This document shows, one piece after another, positions 8,240 through 18,558 of a stretch of DNA of 64,000 bases. A model generated the notes under the pieces. It was not told the DNA's origin, did no database searches, and saw nothing but the letters and a program-made list of their open reading frames with translations. Origin of the DNA: Eubacteriales bacterium (lineage in GTDB: Bacteria > Bacillota > Clostridia > Oscillospirales > CAG-272); the NCBI GenBank assembly GCA_045653705.1, contig JAZOMG010000006.1, positions 25,972 through 89,971 of the forward strand, read 5' to 3'. The position numbers and the translations under genes were made by a program. Within the stretch, counting starts at the first letter, position 1. The number at the start of each line of letters is the position of its first letter.

Positions 8240-9253
8240 ATGGCTATTTTAATAACTGGTGGAGCGGGATATATCGGCTCACACACAATGGTTGAATTTT
8301 TGAACGCGGGAAGAGAGCTTGTAGTTGTTGATAACTTTATGAACAGTAAGCCCGAATCCTTGGAGAGAGTAAAAAAGATAACGGGTAAAGACTTTAAATT
8401 TTATCAGGTAGACCTTCTTGACAAGGAAGCCCTTGACAAGGTAGTTCGCGAAAATAACATAGACAGCTGTATACACTTTGCGGGTCTTAAGGCTGTTGGT
8501 GAATCCTGCGCAAAGCCCATGCTTTATTATCACAATAACATTACGGGCACGCTTAATCTTTGCGATGTCCTCAGCAAATACGGCGCAAAGAGAATGGTGT
8601 TCAGCTCCTCCGCAACCGTATACGGCAACCCCGCAAGTGTTCCGATAACCGAGGATTTCCCCCTTTCTACCACCAACCCTTACGGTGAAACAAAATTGAT
8701 GATAGAGAGAATTTTAAAGGATATATACAACGCCGATAACGAGTGGAGCATATCTGTTCTTCGCTATTTCAATCCGATCGGAGCGCATAAGAGCGGACTT
8801 ATCGGTGAGGATCCTCAGGGTATACCTAACAACCTGCTTCCTTACATAACACAGGTAGCGGCGGGCAGACGCGAGTGCCTGTCTGTTTTCGGTAACGACT
8901 ATAATACTCCCGACGGAACAGGCGTACGTGACTATATTCACGTTGTAGACCTTGCGCGTGCGCATCTTAAGGCTATTGAGCTTGCCGAGACTGTTACGGG
9001 AATTGATTATTTTAATATCGGAACGGGCGTTGGCTATTCTGTTCTCGATATTATCAACGCTTACGAAAAGGCAACGGGAATAAAGATAAATTATAAAATA
9101 ACCGCTCGCCGTCCCGGTGACATCGATGAATGCTATGCTAACCCCAAGAAAGCGTATGAGGTTCTTGGTTGGGCAGCGGAATACAATATTGAGGATATGT
9201 GTCGCGATTCCTATAATTGGCAGCGGCAGAATCCCAACGGATACGACAATTGA
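8240..9253 (+). CDS. galE: UDP-glucose 4-epimerase
   Basis: MAILITGGAGYIGSH Rossmann motif and YGETK catalytic motif, with GalE-like sequence throughout. ATG at 8240 with AGGAGA upstream is preferred to the TTG at 8222. Confidence 0.9.
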   Translation: MAILITGGAGYIGSHTMVEFLNAGRELVVVDNFMNSKPESLERVKKITGKDFKFYQVDLLDKEALDKVVRENNIDSCIHFAGLKAVGESCAKPMLYYHNNITGTLNLCDVLSKYGAKRMVFSSSATVYGNPASVPITEDFPLSTTNPYGETKLMIERILKDIYNADNEWSISVLRYFNPIGAHKSGLIGEDPQGIPNNLLPYITQVAAGRRECLSVFGNDYNTPDGTGVRDYIHVVDLARAHLKAIELAETVTGIDYFNIGTGVGYSVLDIINAYEKATGIKINYKITARRPGDIDECYANPKKAYEVLGWAAEYNIEDMCRDSYNWQRQNPNGYDN

Positions 9254-9267
9254 TAGGAGAATTTGAA

Positions 9268-10329
9268 ATGAGTATAAAGAAGAAGCTTTTTGGAGTACTT
9301 TCCGACGGTACAGAGGTGTATTCATATACAATGCGTAACGCAAATGGAATGAAAGTGAAAATACTCAGCTACGGCGGCGCTATTGCACAGATAAAGGTTC
9401 CCGATAAAAAGGGATGCTACACCGACGTTATAGGCGGGTATGACTGCCTTGACTCTTACGTTAGAGGCGACGGTTATCAGGGCGCGCTTATAGGAAGATG
9501 GGGTAACAGAATCGCCAGAGGAAAATTTACGCTTGAGGGCAAGGATTACAGCTTGTTTATCAATAACGGCGTAAATCATCTTCACGGCGGTGAGTTCGGC
9601 TATAATGCAAAGGTATGGGACGTTACCGAAATTGACGGAGACGAGCCTGTGCTGAAGCTCCATATACTTTCTCCCGACGGAGATGAGGGATACCCCGGAA
9701 ATCTTGACCTTACCGTTACCTATAAGCTTAGTGCTCAAAACGGATTGTCTATAAGATATGAGGCTACAACCGATAAAACCACAGTTATTAACCTTACCAA
9801 CCATACGTATTTCAATTTGGCGGGATACGCTTCGGGAAGCATACATCCGTTGGTGCTTTGGATAGATGCGGATACGTATCTTCCTACGGATGAAACCCTT
9901 ATTCCTACAGGTGAGATAAGAAGCGTTGAGGGAACCCCCTTTGATTTCAGAACGCCTAAGACCGTAGGTCGCGATATTAACTGTGACAATGAGGATCTCC
10001 GTCTTGCGGGCGGATATGACCATTGCCTCAACTTTGTTGGTGGAGAGACAAAAGAGCCTGTTAAAAGAGCAGAGCTTTACGATCCCGAAAGCGGTCGCGT
10101 AATGGAAGTTTTCACAAATCAGCCTTGCGTACAGCTCTATTCGGGCAACTTCCTTAACAATGCGGAATTTCCCTTTAAGGGCGGTTATAAGCAGAGCCTT
10201 CAAACCTTGCTTTGCCTTGAAACACAGCATATGCCCGACAGTGTAAACCACGATAACTTTACAAATTGCGTATTAAAGCCCGAGGAGAAATACGACTATA
10301 CAACAGAATACCGTTTTTCTGTAAAATAA
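9268..10329 (+). CDS. galM: Galactose mutarotase (aldose 1-epimerase)
   Basis: Aldose-1-epimerase pattern (NHLHGG, LTNHTYFNL, HCLNF, ETQHMPDS). ATG at 9268 with AGGAGA at 9255-9260 is preferred to the track start at 9217. Confidence 0.9.
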   Translation: MSIKKKLFGVLSDGTEVYSYTMRNANGMKVKILSYGGAIAQIKVPDKKGCYTDVIGGYDCLDSYVRGDGYQGALIGRWGNRIARGKFTLEGKDYSLFINNGVNHLHGGEFGYNAKVWDVTEIDGDEPVLKLHILSPDGDEGYPGNLDLTVTYKLSAQNGLSIRYEATTDKTTVINLTNHTYFNLAGYASGSIHPLVLWIDADTYLPTDETLIPTGEIRSVEGTPFDFRTPKTVGRDINCDNEDLRLAGGYDHCLNFVGGETKEPVKRAELYDPESGRVMEVFTNQPCVQLYSGNFLNNAEFPFKGGYKQSLQTLLCLETQHMPDSVNHDNFTNCVLKPEEKYDYTTEYRFSVK

Positions 10330-10333
10330 TATG

Positions 10334-10366
10334 AAAAGAGCCGCTTTGATGCGGCTCTTTTCATAT
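10334..10366 (+). terminator. Rho-independent terminator after galM
   Basis: AAAAGAGCCGC-tttgat-GCGGCTCTTTT followed by a T-rich run. Confidence 0.7.
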
Positions 10367-10407
10367 TTTCATCATAGCTCACATATATTGTTTTGAGGTG
10401 ATGAAAT

Positions 10408-11577
10408 ATGAAAATTTTTTTAAAAATACTATCTTTTGTAACGTCTCTTTCGATAGTTTTTACCGCTTTTATTGTTACCGTGAATGCAACCGATAGTATT
10501 ACGGGTGTGACCGCGACAGCCCCTTATGTTGAGTGCAAATCGGCAATTTTAATGGAAGCATCAACAGGGCAGGTGCTTTATGAGCAAAATGCCGATGAGG
10601 CTCTGCCGCCGGCATCGGTAACAAAGATCATGACGCTTCTTTTGGTTATGGAAGCAATAGAAAAGGGAAAATTAAAATATGACGATATGGTTACGGCAAG
10701 CGCCCATGCCTGTTCAATGGGCGGCTCTCAGATATATCTTAAAGAGGGCGAGCAAATGACCGTTGAGGATATGATAAAGAGCGTAGTTATCGCTTCGGCT
10801 AACGATGCGGCGGTAGCCTTAGCCGAGCATATATCGGGAAGTGAGGAAGCCTTTGTTTCGGAGATGAACAAGCGAGCAGCTGAGCTTGGAATGTTCCACA
10901 CAACCTTTGAAAATACCAACGGGCTTGACGATACCGCAAAAAATCACCTGGCATCGGCAAGGGATATTGCAATAATGTCCCGAGAGTTGATAAAGCATAA
11001 GAAAATAACCGAGTATAGCTCTATATGGATGGATACTGTGCGAGACGGGGCGTTCGGTCTTACAAACACAAATCGACTTGTGCGGTTTTATAAGGGGGCT
11101 ACGGGGCTTAAGACGGGTTCTACGTCAAAAGCGGGCTTTTGTATTTCAGCAACGGCTGAGAGAGACGGAATGACACTTATTTGTGTTATTATGGCGTCGC
11201 CTACGAGGGATATAAGGAATGCTGCCGCAACCGCCTTGCTCGACTGGGGATTTGCTAATCATAAAATATATACGTCTCCCAAAATAGAGCTACCCGATAT
11301 AAAGGTTGTGGGTGGTAAAAATGCTAAATGCTCGCTTTCATGCAAGGAACTGAATCTTGTCGTTGATAAAGGAATTGCCGATAAAATCGAATTTACTGTG
11401 GAGCTTCCCGAAAATGTCTCCGCACCCGTGGAGCAGGGAACAAAAATAGGGTGTGTTAAATATACAGTGGGGGATACGGAGATAGGCAGTGTCGATATAT
11501 ATGCAGACCAATTTATAAAAAAGATTACCTTTTTAGACCTTTTATTTAGTATTTTTTGCTCTATTTCGATTTTTTAA
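10408..11577 (+). CDS. D-alanyl-D-alanine carboxypeptidase (S11, PBP5/DacB-like)
   Basis: 389 aa with a signal sequence. Motifs: SVTK (SxxK), SAN, KTGST (KTG), and a C-terminal PBP5-C-like domain with a hydrophobic tail. Confidence 0.85.
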   Translation: MKIFLKILSFVTSLSIVFTAFIVTVNATDSITGVTATAPYVECKSAILMEASTGQVLYEQNADEALPPASVTKIMTLLLVMEAIEKGKLKYDDMVTASAHACSMGGSQIYLKEGEQMTVEDMIKSVVIASANDAAVALAEHISGSEEAFVSEMNKRAAELGMFHTTFENTNGLDDTAKNHLASARDIAIMSRELIKHKKITEYSSIWMDTVRDGAFGLTNTNRLVRFYKGATGLKTGSTSKAGFCISATAERDGMTLICVIMASPTRDIRNAAATALLDWGFANHKIYTSPKIELPDIKVVGGKNAKCSLSCKELNLVVDKGIADKIEFTVELPENVSAPVEQGTKIGCVKYTVGDTEIGSVDIYADQFIKKITFLDLLFSIFCSISIF

Positions 11578-11680
11578 CAATTAGTTGTCAAAAAAGTAAC
11601 AGTTTGTTATAAAATATTCTCTCGCAATATTATATAATATGGTTCTAAGATTTTATATAGTTACAGTGGGGGATAGTAAA

Positions 11681-13021
11681 ATGACACTCAAATTAACGGA
11701 CGCGTACGTAAAACCATTTGTCAGCGATGACGAGCTTGCCGCTATCGGTACAGAGGTGCTTGCGGCTCAAAAGAGTCTGCTTGCAAAGGACGGACAGGGA
11801 AATGATTTTCTCGGTTGGATAACTCTGCCCGATGATTACGACAAGGAAGAATTTGACAGAATAAAAAAGGCTGCCGCAAAGATACAGACATCTTGCGACG
11901 TATTTATAGCCATAGGAATAGGCGGCTCTTATCTTGGCGCGAGAGCTGTTGTTGAATTTTTGAAGTCTCCTCTTTACAATAGCTTAAAGAAAGACACCCC
12001 CGATGTTTATTTTTCGGGTTGTAACATAAGCGCACAGTCTCTTAATGAGCTTTTGGCTCTTTGCGAGGGTAAGGACGTTTGCATAAACGTAATCTCGAAA
12101 TCCGGCACTACCACAGAGCCTGCGGTTGCTTTCCGAGTATTCAGAGACCTTCTTGAAAAGAAATACGGCAAGGACGGAGCCCGTGAGCGTATTTTTGTAA
12201 CAACCGATAAGGCAAAGGGAACGTTGAAGAAATTTGCCGATGAGGCGGGATATGAGACCTTTGTAGTACCGGATGACGTAGGCGGACGTTTCTCTGTTTT
12301 GACCGCAGTAGGACTTCTTCCTATCGCTGTATCGGGTGTTGACATAGATGCCCTTATGAAAGGTGCTTCCGATGCTGCCGCAAGATATACGACAGTTGCT
12401 GACGTAAACGAGAACGAGTGCTTAAAGTATGCCGCTCTTCGTAACATATTGTACCGCAAGGGAATGGCTACCGAAATACTCGTTAGCTACGAGCCTTATG
12501 CGGCTATGTTCAACGAGTGGTGGAAGCAGCTTTACGGAGAGAGTGAGGGTAAGGACGGAAAGGGTCTGTTCCCCGCATCGGTTATTTTCTCCACCGACCT
12601 CCATTCCTTGGGTCAGTTTATTCAGGACGGAAGCCGTAACGTATTCGAGACTATCGTATCTGTAAAGAATGCCGATAGCAAGCTTGCGGTGCCCTATGAC
12701 GAGGCAAACATTGACGGTCTCAACTTCCTTGCGGGAACAGACCTTAACGAAATAAATAAGGTTGCAATGCAGGGAACTATACTTGCGCACATCGACGGCG
12801 GCGCGCCCAACATTCTTGTTGAAATTGAAAATAAGGATGAATACTCCCTTGGATATCTCCTTTATTTCTTTGAATTTGCTTGCGGAGTTTCGGGTTACGT
12901 TCTCGGTGTAAATCCCTTTAATCAGCCCGGTGTTGAGGCATACAAAAAGAATATGTTTGCGCTTCTCGGCAAGCCCGGATACGAGGAACAGAAGAAAGCC
13001 CTTGAAGCAAGATTGAAGTAA
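11681..13021 (+). CDS. pgi: Glucose-6-phosphate isomerase
   Basis: Firmicute-type short PGI ([32 protein letters not shown]). ATG at 11681 after GTGGGGGA is preferred to 11639. Confidence 0.9.
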   Translation: MTLKLTDAYVKPFVSDDELAAIGTEVLAAQKSLLAKDGQGNDFLGWITLPDDYDKEEFDRIKKAAAKIQTSCDVFIAIGIGGSYLGARAVVEFLKSPLYNSLKKDTPDVYFSGCNISAQSLNELLALCEGKDVCINVISKSGTTTEPAVAFRVFRDLLEKKYGKDGARERIFVTTDKAKGTLKKFADEAGYETFVVPDDVGGRFSVLTAVGLLPIAVSGVDIDALMKGASDAAARYTTVADVNENECLKYAALRNILYRKGMATEILVSYEPYAAMFNEWWKQLYGESEGKDGKGLFPASVIFSTDLHSLGQFIQDGSRNVFETIVSVKNADSKLAVPYDEANIDGLNFLAGTDLNEINKVAMQGTILAHIDGGAPNILVEIENKDEYSLGYLLYFFEFACGVSGYVLGVNPFNQPGVEAYKKNMFALLGKPGYEEQKKALEARLK

Positions 13022-13137
13022 GATAATTTTTAGAAATTTATTACAAAAATTTCAAATTACCTCTTGAAAAATTTATAAAAATATGATATCATATATATGA
13101 GCAAATTTTAGCTCAATAAATTAATCGGAGGTCCGAA

Positions 13138-13545
13138 ATGTTAAAGTTAATAATCGGTGTAAAAGGAACAGGAAAAACCAAGGCTCTCATCAATTTAGTA
13201 AACGCGGCTGTTGAAAGCTCTCACGGCAACGTTGTATGTATTGAAAAAGGCGATAAGCTTACTTATGATGTAAAGCATCAGGCAAGATTGATTGATACAA
13301 AACAATATTTTGTTTCCGACGCGCAGTCCCTGTACGGATTTGTAGCGGGAATATTCGCAAGCAACCACGATGTTACGGATCTGTTTATCGATTCCGCGCT
13401 CAAGATATGCGGAAACGATACCGTCGCATTTGACAAGTTTGTTGAAGAGATCAACGCACTTGTTGAAAAGCTTGGCGTAAACGTTGTTATGACATCGTCT
13501 ATTCCTGTTGAGGATGCAAGCGAGACTGTTCAAAAATATCTTTAA
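13138..13545 (+). CDS. Small P-loop NTPase-like protein of unknown function
   Basis: 135 aa. Walker A-like GVKGTGKT at residues 7-14 and Walker B-like DLFIDS. Good Shine-Dalgarno (GGAGG). No further recognisable domain. Confidence 0.6.
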   Translation: MLKLIIGVKGTGKTKALINLVNAAVESSHGNVVCIEKGDKLTYDVKHQARLIDTKQYFVSDAQSLYGFVAGIFASNHDVTDLFIDSALKICGNDTVAFDKFVEEINALVEKLGVNVVMTSSIPVEDASETVQKYL

Positions 13546-13610
13546 TTCACATATAAAGCCTTAGGCGTGGCAACGTCTAAGGCTTTATTAAAATATTTGG
13601 GAGAACTTTT

Positions 13611-15710
13611 ATGATATTAATAATTGCTGAGAAGCCAAGCCTTGGCAGAAATATTGCCGCGGGACTTGGCAATTTTCAGCGAAGGGATGGGTATTTAGAG
13701 AACGAGGCTTACATAATAACGTGGGCATTCGGACATCTGTTTTCCTTGGCGGATATAGAATATTACAGTCCTACCGAAAGCGGGCGCTGGACGATGGACA
13801 ATCTTCCTTGCTTTCCCGAAGAATTTCATTTTGAATTGAGAAAAGGAAAGGACAAGCAGGCGGATAGCGGCGTTATAAAGCAGTTTAAAACTATTGAATA
13901 TCTGTGCAACCGAGAGGATGTTGAAGCTATCGTAAACGCGGGGGACGCAGACCGTGAGGGAGAGATAATAGTCAGGACCTGTATAAAAAAAGCGTTACGC
14001 AGCGCAAAGCCCGTAAAAAGGCTTTGGCTCCCCGATCAGACCCCCGAAACCGTCCGAAATGCGTTTGCCGAAATGCGCGACGACGGAGAATATAATAATC
14101 TTGCGAACGAGGGATATGCCAGAACCTACATAGATTGGCTTTACGGAGTTAATCTGACAAGATACGCCACACTTCGCTCGGGAAGTCTGCTTCGCGTAGG
14201 CAGAGTTATCGTGCCTATCGTAAGAGCTATTTACGACAGGGATATGGCAATCAAAAATTTTACCCCCGAAAAATATTATTCTATCGCGAGCAAAGAAAAA
14301 ACAGGCGACGAGGTAGTGGAGCTTCAAAGCAAATGTAAGTTTTCGGCGCAGGAATATAACAAGGCGCTTAGCACCTGTGAAAGATATAACGCCTGTGATG
14401 CTATAGTAACCTCTGTAAAGCGAAAAAAAGACACCCTGTCACCGGGTAAGCTCTATTCGCTGTCAAAGCTTCAAAACGCCCTTGGTAAAAAATATAAAAT
14501 GTCAATGGCGGAGAGCTTGGAGATAGTTCAAAAGCTTTACGAGAACGGCTATCTGACCTATCCGAGAACTAACTCGGAGTATCTTGCCACTGCCGAAAAG
14601 GGAAAAATAAAGAGTATTCTTGAAAACTGTAAAAAAATAGGCTATCCTGTGGTATTCAAGGATAAAAAGACGATTTTCGACGATAGCAAGATAGAGTCTC
14701 ACTCGGCTATTACGCCAACCTATAAGATACCCGATAAAAGTCGCCTGAGCGAAAAAGAAATGCAGGTATATTCTACCGTATTCAGAAGATTTATCGCCGT
14801 ATTTTGCGCCGAGGACTGTATTGCCGAAAAGGTTGAGATAACAGTGAGCGTAGGTGAGCTTGAGGATTTTGTTCTTAAAGGACTTTCCATACGTGAAAAG
14901 GGTTGGATGAAATATGATGACAGTACCCAAAAGGACAAGCTTTTGCCACAGCTCCAAAAAGGCGATAAGGTCAATATAAATTTTGCGCCCGTCGAAAAGG
15001 AAACGACACCGCCAAAGCACTACACCATAGAAACCCTGAATAACTATCTTAAAAATCCCTTCAGAGAGGAAAAGGCGGCTATTGACGATTCTATGGGTGC
15101 GGATGACGCCGAGGAGTACAGAGCAATGCTTGAGGGCGTTGAGCTTGGCACAGAAGCCACAAGAACGGGTATAATAGATAACGCGAGAAGCAGTGGCTAT
15201 ATACAGCTTAAAAAGGACGTATATACTATTCTCCCCGAGGGAATATACCTTATTGAATCCTTGGATAAAATGAATATATCCATGGATAAGTTTAAGACCT
15301 CGGAGATGGGCAAGGCGCTCAAAAGAGTTTACCGCGGTGAAATAGGCGTGAGCGACAGCGTAGGCTTTGCCGTTGAAGAGATAAAGCGATATTTTGACAG
15401 CCCTCAGCTACCCTTAGAGCTTGATAACGACATAGGATTTTTCGGTGAAACGGTAGGTAAATGTCCGCTCTGCGGAAAGGATGTAAAACGGTATAAATTT
15501 AACTACGGATGCAGCGGATATAAGGACGGCTGCAAATTCAGAATATATATGTCTATGTCGGGTAGAGTTATATCAATAAACCACGCAAGACAGCTCTTGG
15601 AAAAGGGACGTACCGAGACCATAAAGGGCTTTGTTTCAAAAGCGGGTAAACCCTTTGACGCGTCTTTGAAAATAGACGGAGATAAATGCGCCTTTGATTT
15701 TTCAAATTAA
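13611..15710 (+). CDS. topB: DNA topoisomerase III
   Basis: 699 aa. N-terminal Toprim (MILIIAEKPS, DADREGE), type IA core (YLTYPRTNSEYL, catalytic Tyr) and C-terminal Cys-rich zinc ribbons (CPLCGK..CSGYKDGC). Confidence 0.9.
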   Translation: MILIIAEKPSLGRNIAAGLGNFQRRDGYLENEAYIITWAFGHLFSLADIEYYSPTESGRWTMDNLPCFPEEFHFELRKGKDKQADSGVIKQFKTIEYLCNREDVEAIVNAGDADREGEIIVRTCIKKALRSAKPVKRLWLPDQTPETVRNAFAEMRDDGEYNNLANEGYARTYIDWLYGVNLTRYATLRSGSLLRVGRVIVPIVRAIYDRDMAIKNFTPEKYYSIASKEKTGDEVVELQSKCKFSAQEYNKALSTCERYNACDAIVTSVKRKKDTLSPGKLYSLSKLQNALGKKYKMSMAESLEIVQKLYENGYLTYPRTNSEYLATAEKGKIKSILENCKKIGYPVVFKDKKTIFDDSKIESHSAITPTYKIPDKSRLSEKEMQVYSTVFRRFIAVFCAEDCIAEKVEITVSVGELEDFVLKGLSIREKGWMKYDDSTQKDKLLPQLQKGDKVNINFAPVEKETTPPKHYTIETLNNYLKNPFREEKAAIDDSMGADDAEEYRAMLEGVELGTEATRTGIIDNARSSGYIQLKKDVYTILPEGIYLIESLDKMNISMDKFKTSEMGKALKRVYRGEIGVSDSVGFAVEEIKRYFDSPQLPLELDNDIGFFGETVGKCPLCGKDVKRYKFNYGCSGYKDGCKFRIYMSMSGRVISINHARQLLEKGRTETIKGFVSKAGKPFDASLKIDGDKCAFDFSN

Positions 15711-15724
15711 AATGAGGAGAAAAA

Positions 15725-16393
15725 ATGGATAAAAATGATATTTTGAGTAAAGTAGACCATACCTTGCTTTTACAGGGAGCTACTTGGGAAGATATACGGA
15801 AAATATGTGACGATGCCCTTAAATATGAAACCGCCTCGGTATGTATTCCGCCTGCCTTTGTAAAACAGGTAAGGGAATATCTTGACGGCAGAATAGCTGT
15901 ATGCACTGTAATAGGCTTTCCTAACGGCTACCAAACCACAGCGGTAAAATCCTTTGAAACTGCCGATGCTATAAAAAACGGAGCTGATGAGATAGATATG
16001 GTAATTCATATTGGCAAGCTCCGTGAAAAGGATTACGCGTATATTCTTAATGAAATAAAAGAGATAAAGGCTGTTTGCAAAGAGCGGATATTAAAGGTAA
16101 TCATAGAGACCTGTCTCCTTACCGACGATGAGAAGATAAAAATGTGCGAGCTTGTAACAGAAGCAGGCGCGGATTACATCAAGACTTCAACAGGCTTTTC
16201 AAGCGGTGGAGCTACCTTTGAGGATATTAAGCTTTTTGCCGAGCATATCGGAGAGAACGTTAAGATAAAGGCGGCAGGCGGTATAAAAAGCTTTGACGAT
16301 GCCGAAAGGTTTATATCTCTCGGCGCAGACCGCTTGGGCACAAGCCGACTTGTGGCAATAATGAAGAATATTGACAGCGGTGGCGCATATTAA
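15725..16393 (+). CDS. deoC: Deoxyribose-phosphate aldolase
   Basis: 222 aa. Class I aldolase DeoC pattern ([37 protein letters not shown]). Confidence 0.9.
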   Translation: MDKNDILSKVDHTLLLQGATWEDIRKICDDALKYETASVCIPPAFVKQVREYLDGRIAVCTVIGFPNGYQTTAVKSFETADAIKNGADEIDMVIHIGKLREKDYAYILNEIKEIKAVCKERILKVIIETCLLTDDEKIKMCELVTEAGADYIKTSTGFSSGGATFEDIKLFAEHIGENVKIKAAGGIKSFDDAERFISLGADRLGTSRLVAIMKNIDSGGAY

Positions 16394-16418
16394 AAATTAA
16401 AATAATTACAGTAAAAAT

Positions 16419-16456
16419 GGGCTGGCTCAAATTATTGCATTTGAGCCAGCCTTTTT
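16419..16456. terminator. Bidirectional rho-independent terminator between deoC and potD
   Basis: GGGCTGGCTCAAA-ttattgca-TTTGAGCCAGCC followed by TTTTTG, with an A-run on the other side. Confidence 0.75.
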
Positions 16457-16491
16457 GTACAGCTTTTGCTATATTATATGAGAACATATTT

Positions 16492-17742
16492 TTATGGATT
16501 TTCGTATAATTTTTTCATTGACCGTCTCTTGATGACATACGCAAGAAACAGCAGAATCATTGAAATAATTATAACTCCGCAGATGATGTAGATGCCTATA
16601 CCGATTTCAATATCGGATTTTAACTCTTCCCAAAGGGTATTGAGAAGCACCAGCTTGTCCTCTGTGAGATTTTTATAGGACGTTGCCTTGACTGTATCGG
16701 ACGGATACATTTTCTCATAGGCATCCTCTTTTATTTCGGACATATATTCCCGATATTCCTCGTTTTCCACAACAAGGCTGTTTGGAGAGGCATAGTAGGT
16801 ATATTCCGCGTTAGCCACAGCAATTTCCTCGCTGAGCATAAAGTTAATATACATCTCCGCAATATCCTTGTTTTTAGAGGATGTGGGAACACACATAGCA
16901 TCTACGTAAAGGTTAGTGCCTTCCTTGGGGTAGTAAAACTCAAGGTTGTTGTTTTCCTCGTACATTGTGAGATAGTCTCCCGCATAATAAGCGGCAATGG
17001 CGGCAGAGCCGTTCTCCATTTTGTTGAATATCTCATCCATTACGTAACCCTGAACTATTTTTTTCTGTTCCTTGAGCAATTCAAGGGCATCGCGCCATTG
17101 CTCCTCGGTAGCTTCGTTTACGTCTACACCTAGATAGTACTGAGCTGTTCCAAAAGCGTCGCGGGAGTTGTTGAACTGAAGTATATTGCCTGTATAATCC
17201 TCATCCCACATAAGAGACCAGCTGCCGATATCTTCATCCTCGGGGTCAACCATCGTAGTGTTGTAAATTATTCCTATCATACCGTAAAGGTAGGGAACAG
17301 AATACACGTTTCCGATATCATAGTAAGCGTTTTCGCCCTTAAATTCTGGAAGTATATATTCCATGTTTGGAATATTCTCATAATTCAAGGGCGCAAGATA
17401 TCCGCCCTCGGCGAGTCGCTGTACCATATAATCCGAGGGAACTATAACGTCATAGCTTACCGCATCGCTCGTTATCTTTGCGTATAAGTCCTCGTTACTT
17501 GAATAGGTTGAATAGTTGACCTTAACTCGCGTGCCGTTTTTTGCGCCTATTTCGGAATTATACCAATCCTCAAAGGCTTGATTTACGTCAAGAGAGTCCT
17601 CAGAGCCGTCGGAGATATATTCTCCCCAGTTATAAACGTACAGTGTAATAACGTCGTTATTAACAGCCTCACAGGAAGAAAATGAAAGTACGGAAAGAAT
17701 CAATACGACAGCGCAGAGAATAATAGAAATTATTTTTTTCAT
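16492..17742 (-). CDS. potD: Spermidine/putrescine ABC transporter substrate-binding protein with an extra C-terminal TM helix
   Basis: 416 aa. Lipoprotein signal (..SVLSFSSC), PotD-like body, and a C-terminal hydrophobic segment IGIGIYIICGVIIISMILLFLAYVI followed by KRR. Confidence 0.85.
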   Translation of the reverse strand: MKKIISIILCAVVLILSVLSFSSCEAVNNDVITLYVYNWGEYISDGSEDSLDVNQAFEDWYNSEIGAKNGTRVKVNYSTYSSNEDLYAKITSDAVSYDVIVPSDYMVQRLAEGGYLAPLNYENIPNMEYILPEFKGENAYYDIGNVYSVPYLYGMIGIIYNTTMVDPEDEDIGSWSLMWDEDYTGNILQFNNSRDAFGTAQYYLGVDVNEATEEQWRDALELLKEQKKIVQGYVMDEIFNKMENGSAAIAAYYAGDYLTMYEENNNLEFYYPKEGTNLYVDAMCVPTSSKNKDIAEMYINFMLSEEIAVANAEYTYYASPNSLVVENEEYREYMSEIKEDAYEKMYPSDTVKATSYKNLTEDKLVLLNTLWEELKSDIEIGIGIYIICGVIIISMILLFLAYVIKRRSMKKLYENP

Positions 17743-17748
17743 TTTCTC

Positions 17749-18558
17749 TTACCTCCTTACCGTCTGTTTTCTTCGGTTGTTTACCGAGCCTGTGAAATTA
17801 ACAATAAGCAGTATGACGAGAATAACAGCTATTATAAGCGCGCAGAGCGCGTACATACTGAATTTTACGTTATGTGCCGTTTGATTGTAAACGTAGAGGG
17901 GCAGGGTTTGGAAATTGGGAGAGCTTACAAAATGGCTGATAACGAAATCGTCAAGCGACATCGTAAATGCAAGCATAACTCCCGATATTATTCCGGGAAC
18001 TATCTGGGGGAGTTCGACCTTAAAGAACGCGCGTGTAGGCGTACAACCAAGGTCCATAGCCGCCTCCGACAGCGAGCTGTCAAGCTGATTAAATCTCGGA
18101 AGCACCGACAAAAGAACGTAGGGAAGATTAAAGGTCGTATGGGCTATAAGCATAGTTCCAAAACCGAGAAAATCATTGGTTTTAAGAATTTTCGCTACGG
18201 CAACAAACAAAAGCATCATTGATACGCCCGTTACGATGTCGGGGTTTACCATTGGTATGTTTGTAACCGATTTTATTGCGTTCTTTACGTATTTCTTGCG
18301 CATATGGTGTATTCCAAGAGCCGCAAAGGTCGCGATGACCGTAGCGCAGAGCGAGGAACAAACAGCCAATATAAGTGAGTTTTTAAGAGCCATAAAGGCT
18401 TCCTCGTCGCCGAAAAGCTCGATGTACCATATGGGCGAGATCCTTGTAAACTCGCTAAGGCTTCCCGACTCATTGAATGAAAACACAACAAGTACGACTA
18501 TGGGGGCGTACAGCAGGGCGAATATGATAAACATATATGCTTTCCACAGAAATTTCAT
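17749..18558 (-). CDS. potC: Spermidine/putrescine ABC transporter permease
   Basis: 269 aa. Six-TM binding-protein-dependent permease with an EAA-like loop (EAAMDLGCTP). Operon position is potA-B-C-D. Confidence 0.85.
   Translation of the reverse strand: MKFLWKAYMFIIFALLYAPIVVLVVFSFNESGSLSEFTRISPIWYIELFGDEEAFMALKNSLILAVCSSLCATVIATFAALGIHHMRKKYVKNAIKSVTNIPMVNPDIVTGVSMMLLFVAVAKILKTNDFLGFGTMLIAHTTFNLPYVLLSVLPRFNQLDSSLSEAAMDLGCTPTRAFFKVELPQIVPGIISGVMLAFTMSLDDFVISHFVSSPNFQTLPLYVYNQTAHNVKFSMYALCALIIAVILVILLIVNFTGSVNNRRKQTVRR

Noticed and set aside
8714-10251. Minus-strand ORFs of 209 aa and 309 aa
   Set aside because: They are antisense to galE and galM, and their products have no recognisable features.
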